From Arthrobacter sp. (GTDB lineage Bacteria > Actinomycetota > Actinomycetes > Actinomycetales > Micrococcaceae), in NCBI GenBank assembly GCA_046708445.1, contig JBKKDH010000122.1, forward strand, positions 1-32,701: a stretch of DNA of 32,701 nt, given 5' to 3'. Both the position numbers and the translations under genes were made by a program. This document shows, piece by piece, positions 26,035 to 32,701 of this stretch (position 1 is the first letter of the stretch; the number at the start of each line of letters is the position of its first letter). The notes beneath the pieces are model-generated. The model ran no database searches. It saw only the letters and a program-made list of their open reading frames with translations, and was not told the DNA's origin.

Positions 26035-27070
26035 CGACGGCGGAACGCGCCGGCCGCCGTCGGGTAAGCGTCAGCAGCCTGTCCCGCAAGGGCTGGGCGG
26101 TTTCCGCCAGAGCCACCCGCATCAGCGCCGACGATGCCAGGCCCAGGGCTTGAGTGCGGAGCCGCCGCTGGCGGTCGTATAACCTGAGGGCTTCCGCACG
26201 CGGAAGAGTATTCAGGTGCTCCGCCAGCGTGACGGCGTCCACCAGCGCTTCGCAGGCGCCGCGGCCCAGGTTGGGCGTCATGGCGTGTGCCGCGTCGCCG
26301 ACCAGGACAACGTCGCCGCGGACGAAAGACCGCAGCGGAGGAGCCGTCCAGATGCGCTGCGCGAGCGTGAGTTCAGGAGTGGCCCCGGCAAGCACGTCGC
26401 GGATGGCGGACGCGTGCCGGGCGTAGCGGTGCCTTGCCTGCTCAAGGGCTGCGCCGACGTCGATCCCTGCCGGTCCAAGATCAGAGCGGTAGCTCGCATA
26501 CCAGTTGGTGCCGGCAGCAGCCGCGGCTATTCCAAAAAGGTCGCCCCGTCCCCAGTACTCGCCTACATGCCCGGGCTGCACGGGCACCGGAACGGTGCCC
26601 CGGACTGCGAGGTGCGGCGTGAGCCGGGCGCTGGCCTTCTCGCCCCAGACGCTGCGGCGCACCGCGCTGTGCACGCCGTCGGCACCAACAACCAGCCCAG
26701 CAACGGCGGGAACGGAATTGGCGGTGCCGGTGATCCGGCGGACGGAACCAGGGACGGCAGCGTCGAGCAGGCGGAGGAGATCAACCCTGGAGATGCCAAA
26801 CATCCGGCCGCCGTTGACGGTGACCCAGGGCTCGCCCGCGGCGTTGCGGATGGACCCGCTGCCAATCACCGGGCTCACAGTACGGGCCTCCTCCAGGACA
26901 CCCACTTTCTCCAGCGCGCGCTGCGCATTGGGCCACATGGCCAGCACGGTTCCAACCGCCGGCAACTCAGGCCGCTTCTCGGTGACCGTTACTTCGAAGC
27001 GGTCCTGGTCCAGGCAGGAGGCCAGCGCCAGGCCGGCAATGCCGCCGCCAATGATCGAAATTGGTTCCAT
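26009..27070 (-). CDS. FAD-dependent monooxygenase (class A flavoprotein aromatic hydroxylase)
   Basis: GGGIAG, VGADGVHSAVR, GDAAHAMTPNLGRGAC. Confidence 0.92.
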   Translation of the reverse strand: MEPISIIGGGIAGLALASCLDQDRFEVTVTEKRPELPAVGTVLAMWPNAQRALEKVGVLEEARTVSPVIGSGSIRNAAGEPWVTVNGGRMFGISRVDLLRLLDAAVPGSVRRITGTANSVPAVAGLVVGADGVHSAVRRSVWGEKASARLTPHLAVRGTVPVPVQPGHVGEYWGRGDLFGIAAAAAGTNWYASYRSDLGPAGIDVGAALEQARHRYARHASAIRDVLAGATPELTLAQRIWTAPPLRSFVRGDVVLVGDAAHAMTPNLGRGACEALVDAVTLAEHLNTLPRAEALRLYDRQRRLRTQALGLASSALMRVALAETAQPLRDRLLTLTRRRPARSAVVSPGRASP

Positions 27071-27077
27071 GCCGGCG

Positions 27078-27120
27078 ATCTTACTACTTTTGTAGTGATT
27101 TGGAAGGGGTCAATTACACT
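27078..27120. promoter_or_regulatory. Divergent leaderless promoters with a TetR operator
   Basis: Palindrome ACTAC-tttt-GTAGT (27083-27096); -10 TAAGAT (minus, 27083-27078) and -10 TACACT (plus, 27115-27120). Confidence 0.7.
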
Positions 27121-27126
27121 TGGCCC

Positions 27127-27666
27127 ATGCCTGACCGCCGGACCCAACTCATGGATGCTGCCCTGGCAGTGGTGGCCGATCACGGCCTGAAGGGCCTCAC
27201 CCACCGCGCCGTGGACGCCGCCGCGCAGCTGCCCCAGGGAACGACGTCGAACTACTACCGCAACCGCGCTGCCCTGGTGGAGGCTGTGCTTGACCGCCTG
27301 GAGCAGCTGGACATCGAGCTCCTGCAGCGACTGGGCCCCGCCGGGCCCCCAGCGGATTCCGGCGAGCTCGCGGAGCAACTCGCCAACCTGGTCATGGCGT
27401 TGACGCAGCAGTACGGGCCCCTCACCCGGGCCCGGCTGGCGCTCTCGCTGGACCGGCCCGAGGCCGTCACGGCAGGACACTTCCGGCTACTGGGCGGCCT
27501 GGTGCACGCCCTGGCCGGACTCGGCGTCCCCGATCCGCAGTCACGGGCCCGCGACGTGGCCGACTACTGCGACGGCCTGATGCTGCATCTGCTCACCGCG
27601 CGGCGTGCGGAACATCCGGACCAAGCCGCGGTGACCGGCACTATCCGGCGGCTGCTGGCCCCCTGA
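27127..27666 (+). CDS. TetR family transcriptional regulator
   Basis: MPDRRTQLMDAAL..GLKGLTHRAVD..LPQGTTSNYYRNR helix-turn-helix. Confidence 0.92.
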   Translation: MPDRRTQLMDAALAVVADHGLKGLTHRAVDAAAQLPQGTTSNYYRNRAALVEAVLDRLEQLDIELLQRLGPAGPPADSGELAEQLANLVMALTQQYGPLTRARLALSLDRPEAVTAGHFRLLGGLVHALAGLGVPDPQSRARDVADYCDGLMLHLLTARRAEHPDQAAVTGTIRRLLAP

Positions 27667-27680
27667 GGGGCGGGCCCGCT

Positions 27681-28871
27681 CTACAAGGCGCCGGGCCAGC
27701 CGGTGTAGGCCTCGGCCAGGTAAGCCATGCCGTGCCGTGAGGAGACCACCGAGTTCAGTTCGCCGAGCTGGCGGGCGCGGGAGAAGTCGTCCGCGTCCGC
27801 GGGCGTGTGCAGCATGGTGGTCATCCAGTAGGAGAACTGCTGCGCCTTCCACACCCGCTCCAGGGCACGGTCGCTGAAGGTGTCCAGCAGCTGCGTGGAG
27901 CCCGAGTTGTAGTAGCTGTCCAGTCCTTCGAAGAGCACCTTGACGTCGTGGATGGCCAGGTTCAGGCCCTTGGCGCCGGTGGGCGGAACGGTGTGCGCGG
28001 CGTCGCCGGCCAGGAACAGGTTGCCGTGGCGCATCGGAGTGTGCACAAAGCTGCGGAACGGCAGGACCATCTTGTCGATGACCGGGCCCTCCTTGAGTTC
28101 AAAGCCGTTGCCGTTGACCCGGCTGCGGAATTCCGCCCAGATCCTGTCGTCGTCCCAGTCAGCCACGTTCTCTTTGGGATCGCACTGGAAGTACATCCGC
28201 TGGACGGTTTCGGTGCGCTGGCTGATCAGAGCGAAGCCGTTGGCGGAGTTGGCGTAGATCAGCTCATCAGCACTGTGCGGGGCCTCGGCCAGGATGCCGA
28301 ACCAGGCGAACGGGTACTCGTGGAAGTACCACTTCCGGTTGGCCTCGGGGATCTGGAAGCGGCAGTGGCTGCGGGAACCGTCGGCACCCACGACGAATTC
28401 GGCCTGAATCTCGCGTTCCACGCCGTCGGCGTCGGTGAACCAGACCTTCGGCTTGCCTTCGAGGTCGTGGACGCTGGTGTCCGTGACGCTATAGCGGACG
28501 TCGCCGCCGTCGGCATTCCTGCGGGCGGCGAGGTCCAGGAAGACGTCCGTCTGCGGGTAGAGCCAGACGGACTCCCCCACGAGATCCTTGAAGTCGACGC
28601 GGTGGCTTTCGCCGTTGAACCGCAGCTCGATGCCGTCGTGCCGGTCGCCGTCACGGAGCACACGGTCCGAGACTCCGCTGTCCACCAGCATGTTGACGGT
28701 GCCGTGCTCCAGGATTCCGGCGCGGACTGTTTCGGAGATGTCCTTGTGGCTGCGGACCTCGATCACGGTGGAGTCGATGCCGGCCTTGGCCAGCAGGTGG
28801 GACAGCATCAGACCCGCGGGGCCGGCGCCCATGATGGCCACCTGGGTCGTGATGATCTTGCGTGCTGCCAT
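27681..28871 (-). CDS. pobA: 4-hydroxybenzoate 3-monooxygenase (p-hydroxybenzoate hydroxylase)
   Basis: GAGPAG, RAGILE, YPQT, YPFAWFGIL, GDAAHTVPPTGAKGLN, RVWKAQQFSYWMTTMLH. Confidence 0.95.
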   Translation of the reverse strand: MAARKIITTQVAIMGAGPAGLMLSHLLAKAGIDSTVIEVRSHKDISETVRAGILEHGTVNMLVDSGVSDRVLRDGDRHDGIELRFNGESHRVDFKDLVGESVWLYPQTDVFLDLAARRNADGGDVRYSVTDTSVHDLEGKPKVWFTDADGVEREIQAEFVVGADGSRSHCRFQIPEANRKWYFHEYPFAWFGILAEAPHSADELIYANSANGFALISQRTETVQRMYFQCDPKENVADWDDDRIWAEFRSRVNGNGFELKEGPVIDKMVLPFRSFVHTPMRHGNLFLAGDAAHTVPPTGAKGLNLAIHDVKVLFEGLDSYYNSGSTQLLDTFSDRALERVWKAQQFSYWMTTMLHTPADADDFSRARQLGELNSVVSSRHGMAYLAEAYTGWPGAL

Positions 28872-28936
28872 GGCGTGTTCTCGCTTCGTTGCGGGGCCCT
28901 TGGTGGTTGTGGGCCTGGTGGGTGCGTCTGGCTATC

Positions 28937-28987
28937 AGTGTGCAACCGGAGGCGTGACAGGCGTAACACCAATTCCATTCAGCGGAA
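28937..28987 (-). promoter_or_regulatory. pobA promoter with an IclR-type operator and a CRP/GlxR-like site
   Basis: TTCCATTCAGCGGAA (28973-28987); CGTGA-N6-TAACA (28953-28968); -10-like CACACT (28942-28937). Confidence 0.6.
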
Positions 28988-29005
28988 GATGCACTTGGGC
29001 GGCTA

Positions 29006-29746
29006 TTAATCACCCAAGCGCCGGGCGATGCCCCGCGCGGCAGTCTGCAGCGCGGGTACCAGAGCCTGCAAACGCATCTCCCGCAAAGGAACCACGACGC
29101 CGAGCGCCGCCACCGCGCGCTGCCTTCCGTCCAGGACGGGCACGGCTATGCCCCAGGTGTCGGGATCCACCACGCCGGCCAGCTGCGCGAAGCCCTGGAG
29201 GGCAGTTTCGCTGAGCAGTCCGCGCACGGCATCCCGGGTGACTTTTCCGGCCGGGTCCGAAAACTGGTCCAGGTATTCACCTTGCAGCGCCTTCCCCTGG
29301 TGCGCCATCAGGGCGAGCCCGGCGGAGGAGATGTGGACGGGCATTCTTCCCGCTACCCTGGCCCGGTTGGCCACGGATCCGCGGTGCGACAACCGTTCCA
29401 CAAAGAGCGCTTCCCAGCCGTCCAGGACGGCCAGGTTCACGTTCTGGTTCAGGACCTGCTGGATGTCCTCCATGAATGGCATCGCGGCCTGCCTCAGCGC
29501 CAACGTGGGTGAGTTGCGGTTCACCAGCTCCCACAGCCGCAGCCCCAGCCGGACGGTTCCTCCCGCCCCTGTCTCCAGCAGGCCGTGGGCGGCCAGCTGC
29601 CGGACGAGCCGGTGCGCCGTGGTGAGCGGGAGTTCGGCGCGGGCGGCCAGGTCGGAGAGCTGGAGGCTGCTGACCCCCTCGGGGAAGGCGGAGATCACCC
29701 GCACTACGCGGTCCACCACGGAATCCCCCGAGACCGAATTGGCCAT
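29006..29746 (-). CDS. pobR: IclR family regulator (PobR-like)
   Basis: SVVDRVVRVI..LPLTTAHRLVRQL..LGLRLWEL, AGRMPVHISSAG, GIAVPV. Located directly upstream of pobA. Confidence 0.85.
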   Translation of the reverse strand: MANSVSGDSVVDRVVRVISAFPEGVSSLQLSDLAARAELPLTTAHRLVRQLAAHGLLETGAGGTVRLGLRLWELVNRNSPTLALRQAAMPFMEDIQQVLNQNVNLAVLDGWEALFVERLSHRGSVANRARVAGRMPVHISSAGLALMAHQGKALQGEYLDQFSDPAGKVTRDAVRGLLSETALQGFAQLAGVVDPDTWGIAVPVLDGRQRAVAALGVVVPLREMRLQALVPALQTAARGIARRLGD

Positions 29747-29756
29747 GACCCACCGC

Positions 29757-29788
29757 TTCCATTGAATGGTGAAACTTGTCCCAGATTA
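29757..29788 (-). promoter_or_regulatory. IclR autoregulatory operator and -10
   Basis: TTCCATTGAATGGTG (core palindrome CCATTgAATGG), similar to the pobA box; -10 TAATCT at 29788-29783. Confidence 0.6.
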
Positions 29789-29868
29789 CACTCCCACACC
29801 ATCACCCCGGCACGCCCAGCCTGCCGCCGTCGGGCAGTCCGCGGACCTGCCGGGCGAGTAGCCGGGGG

Positions 29869-30921
29869 TCATGCCCGCCGGAGCCGCCGCCAGAGGGTGG
29901 GCGCCAGCACCACGGCAATGCCGACGGCGGCACCGATGACGGTCTCGATGATGCGGTCCCGAAGCAGGATGGCAGGGGAGGCCGGGACCACCAGCAGGGT
30001 GGAAATCAGGGCCAGGGGCGTGATGAAGACCTGCGCCACCAGGTATTGGCGGATGATGAACATTTCGGCGCCGAACTGGCACAGGGCCATAACAGACACG
30101 GTCTGCCACGGCTCGAGGCCCAGGAGAAGGATTCCGGCCAGGACGGCCAGGCCCAGGACCGTGCCGATGATTCTCTGCACGCCGCGGCGGACACGGTGCC
30201 GGGTGGTGTGCCCTACCAAAGGGACGACGGCGGCCACCATGGCCCAGTAGTTATGGCCGAACCCCAGCCACTGCCCGGCCCACGTGGCCAGGGTTCCGGC
30301 CAGCCCGGCAGCCACCAGGTAGCCGGCGCCTTCCAGCCACGCCGCCCGGCGCTCATCGGGGGTGCGGCGAAGCGGGTGCGGCCAGGCCCAGGGCGTGCGG
30401 TGGCTCGGCAGCACCCGTGACGAGAAGCCGATCAACAGGCAGAAAGCCGTGACCAGCACGGCCACCAGCATGCCTTCGGCGAGGGGCGGCTGGTTGGGAA
30501 TGGAGGCAATGGCCGCGAACGCGAAGATGTGGAACAGGGACCCCGCCGGCCGAAGCCGGAACCAGGAGATGGCCACCGAGCAGCCGCCCGCCACCAGCGT
30601 GGTGGCCAGGACCAGGAGCCACGTGGTGCCGGACTCATCCAGCCCCAGGGCCCCGCCGGCACGGGCGGCGAGCGACGCGAGCAGGATGACCAGCAGCATC
30701 AGCAGCCCGGCACGGAGCTGCAGCGCAAGGCGCGTGCCGTGCGGTTCGCCGCGGCCGTAGATCCCGGTGAACGCGCCGAAGGACGCGAAGATCGCGAGGT
30801 CCAGGCGGCCCAGCAGCACGAGCGTGAGGAGCGGAACGAACACACCTACGGCGCACCGGAGGGCCGGGTGGTGGTCCTTGTTGCCGGGAGCAATGCTGAA
30901 CATCTCAGCCATCATTTTCAC
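29869..30921 (-). CDS. FUSC family (fusaric acid resistance/aromatic acid exporter-like) membrane protein
   Basis: DHHPALRCAVGV..ASFGAFTGIYGR, HNYWAMVAAVVPL, RGVQRIIGTVLG, DRIIETVIG. The start (GTG 30921 or ATG 30915) is approximate. Confidence 0.87.
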   Translation of the reverse strand: MKMMAEMFSIAPGNKDHHPALRCAVGVFVPLLTLVLLGRLDLAIFASFGAFTGIYGRGEPHGTRLALQLRAGLLMLLVILLASLAARAGGALGLDESGTTWLLVLATTLVAGGCSVAISWFRLRPAGSLFHIFAFAAIASIPNQPPLAEGMLVAVLVTAFCLLIGFSSRVLPSHRTPWAWPHPLRRTPDERRAAWLEGAGYLVAAGLAGTLATWAGQWLGFGHNYWAMVAAVVPLVGHTTRHRVRRGVQRIIGTVLGLAVLAGILLLGLEPWQTVSVMALCQFGAEMFIIRQYLVAQVFITPLALISTLLVVPASPAILLRDRIIETVIGAAVGIAVVLAPTLWRRLRRA

Positions 30922-31011
30922 GTGGGTAGGGCGCCTTCCTGCAGTCTGCATGTGACGGGCGGCCGCACTGACGTCCACGTAAATCCTACGTTGCGGACCT
31001 TTCCCACGATC

Positions 31012-31054
31012 GGAACGGCGGGGCAACACCCCCGAAACAGCACCACGTGATCCT
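31012..31054 (+). promoter_or_regulatory. GlnR/OmpR-like triple direct repeat and -10 upstream of the ACT gene
   Basis: GGAAC-n6-GCAAC-n6-GAAAC (31012-31038), then 10 nt, GATCCT (31049-31054), 6 nt, ATG. Confidence 0.5.
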
Positions 31055-31060
31055 TGAGAC

Positions 31061-31900
31061 ATGAAGCCCACCGCAAGCAACCCTGCCGCGGCTGATTTGA
31101 GCTGCGAAGTCTGCGGCCTGATGCCGGAACCGACCAAGGCCCGCCTTACGGTGGCGAATATCGCCGTGATGCTTCCCATCGAGCTTCTCGTCCACGCCCT
31201 GGTGGTGGGGACGCATTTGCCTTATCTGGCAAAGGTGCTGGTGCTCACCCTCACGGCCACCATCCTGGTGATCTGGGTGGCCGAGCCGTCCGCTGCCCGC
31301 GTTCTGCGTGACTGGCTGCACGCACCCGCCCTGCGCCACCGCAGGAAGCTGGGCAAGGCCCCGTCGCTGTGGCGGGCGCGCACCGTGCTGCAGGACCAGC
31401 CCGGCTCACTGCAGAAAATCACCCGGACACTGGCCCGCCTGGACACCAACATCCTGAGCATTCATGTCCACCCCATGGCCGGCGGCGTGCTGGACGAGTT
31501 TGTGCTGTCCGCGCCCGGAAACCTCAGCGAGCGCCAGCTGCTGGATGCGCTGCACGACGGCGGCGGAACCCGCTCGCACGTATGGCCCACCACCGCACTG
31601 GCGATGGCAGATGGCCAGACGAAGGCGCTGAGCCTGGCGGCCAGGATCGCCGGCGCACCGGACGAACTTCCGCTTGCGGTGGCCGAACTGCTGCGCGCCC
31701 GGATCCTCACCCCGGCGGAGGCGGTCCTGGAAAAGCAAGACGCCGGGACGCGCCTGAAAGTCCCCACTGCCTGGCACGGACCCCTCACCTTTGTCCGGCC
31801 CGGCGAACCGTTCACGCCCGCCGAGTCAGCACGGGCACACCGGCTCGCGGAGCTCGCCGAAATCCTGGCGCACCGGCCGGCGGCCAGCAGCAAGCGCTAG
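31061..31900 (+). CDS. ACT domain-containing protein with an N-terminal CxxC and two hydrophobic helices
   Basis: CEVC; two TM-like segments; ACT motif WRARTVLQDQPGSL..LARLDTNILSIHV..DEFVL; C-terminal RPGEPFTPAESARA. Confidence 0.82.
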   Translation: MKPTASNPAAADLSCEVCGLMPEPTKARLTVANIAVMLPIELLVHALVVGTHLPYLAKVLVLTLTATILVIWVAEPSAARVLRDWLHAPALRHRRKLGKAPSLWRARTVLQDQPGSLQKITRTLARLDTNILSIHVHPMAGGVLDEFVLSAPGNLSERQLLDALHDGGGTRSHVWPTTALAMADGQTKALSLAARIAGAPDELPLAVAELLRARILTPAEAVLEKQDAGTRLKVPTAWHGPLTFVRPGEPFTPAESARAHRLAELAEILAHRPAASSKR

Positions 31901-31956
31901 CCCGGCCAGTCACAATCCGTATTTAGGGCCCGCGCCGGCGCAATTGCAGAAAACCC

Positions 31957-32016
31957 TTGACAGTGGCGTTGGTCACTCCTAACTTTGATTTTGGGATCCC
32001 AACGCGGGATCCCAAA
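31957..32016 (+). promoter_or_regulatory. SigA-type promoter and tandem GGGATCCC operator of the MFS gene
   Basis: TTGACA-17-TAACTT (31957-31985); GTG-N8-CAC inside the spacer (31963-31976); TTTGGGATCCC-aacgc-GGGATCCCAAA (31990-32016). Confidence 0.8.
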
Positions 32017-32148
32017 TATGCAAGACCTTTCCGGCGCTCCCCAACGCGCCATCCGAAGCCTCGCTCTTCAGTCCCGCCCACCCCGCGGGCCTTATTTCCA
32101 ATCCCGGATCCGTTCCCCCATCCGTAACTTCCCCGTGAAGGAGAAGCT

Positions 32149-32701
32149 GTGTCCATTCCGAACACCGAAACAGCACCCGCTGACGACACCTTGAACCCCG
32201 CGACCGGCGACGAACAGCAGAAGGACGGCGTGCAAGGGCGCACCAAGGTCCGCTGGAAGCTGTTCCTGCTGCTGCTGGTCCTCGTCGCCGTGAACTACAT
32301 CGACCGCGGCTCCATCTCCGTGGCATTGCCCATCATCCAAAAGGAATTCAACCTGGCCCCGGAGCTCGTGGGCCTCCTGCTATCCGCGTTTTTCTGGACC
32401 TACGCACTGATGCAGATCCCGGTCGGCCTGCTGATCGACAAGTTCGGCCCTCGCAAGGTCATGACGGCCTCGTGCGTTGGCTGGGGCGCCGCAACGGCCG
32501 CTTCGGGCCTGGCCGGCGGCTTCCTGAGCATGTTCATCGCCCGCCTCGGCATCGGCGTGACCGAAGCAGGCGTTATGCCCGCCGGCGGCAAGCTCAACGC
32601 CATCTGGATGCACAAGTCCGAGCGCGGCCGCGGTGCCACCATCCTGGACGCCGGGGCTCCCCTCGGCGCAGGACTGGGCGGCATCCTCATCGCCGGACTC
32701 A
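32149..32701 (+). CDS. MFS transporter (anion:cation symporter/sugar-acid type), truncated at the window edge
   Basis: Not in the ORF track. AAGGAG, 5 nt, then GTG 32149 gives ...RWKLFLLLLVLVAVNYIDRGSISVALPIIQKEF..SAFFWTYALMQIPVGLLIDKFGPR..SERGRG. Confidence 0.92.
   Translation, partial: MSIPNTETAPADDTLNPATGDEQQKDGVQGRTKVRWKLFLLLLVLVAVNYIDRGSISVALPIIQKEFNLAPELVGLLLSAFFWTYALMQIPVGLLIDKFGPRKVMTASCVGWGAATAASGLAGGFLSMFIARLGIGVTEAGVMPAGGKLNAIWMHKSERGRGATILDAGAPLGAGLGGILIAGL

Overview
High-GC actinobacterial chromosomal window. Gene content and order suggest Arthrobacter/Pseudarthrobacter (inference). I see no rRNA, tRNA, CRISPR array, transposase, integrase or phage structural gene. About 30 real CDSs: peptide ABC permeases; TetR + NADPH-dependent FMN reductase; a Pro-rich lipoprotein; a PEP-mutase-like enzyme; a PLP aminotransferase; USP; a PAP2-like protein; a bkd/pdh-type E1a/E1b/E2 operon; a pat/hisC-type aminotransferase; a 4-TM holin-family protein; purB; a histidine phosphatase; a large NAD-glutamate dehydrogenase; GNAT; a hotdog thioesterase; TetR + FAD monooxygenase; pobA + IclR; FUSC; an ACT protein; and the start of an MFS transporter. 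Two modules stand out. (1) A MarR regulator, a 97-aa HCG/CxCG metal-ribbon protein and a soluble Hanks kinase, linked by a repeated CTAGnCnGGCT box and divergent from NAD-GDH. This looks like a split, PknG-like redox/glutamate signalling cassette. (2) A translationally coupled pair of a 100-aa WXG100-like protein and a YxxxE-bearing helical domain fused to a GxSxG hydrolase, resembling an orphan type VII secretion substrate pair, with a perfect DnaA-type box upstream. Two promoters 6 kb apart (GNAT and a GNAT-less ACT protein) also share the same GlnR-like triple-repeat architecture. All family calls come from motifs read by eye; no database search was run.
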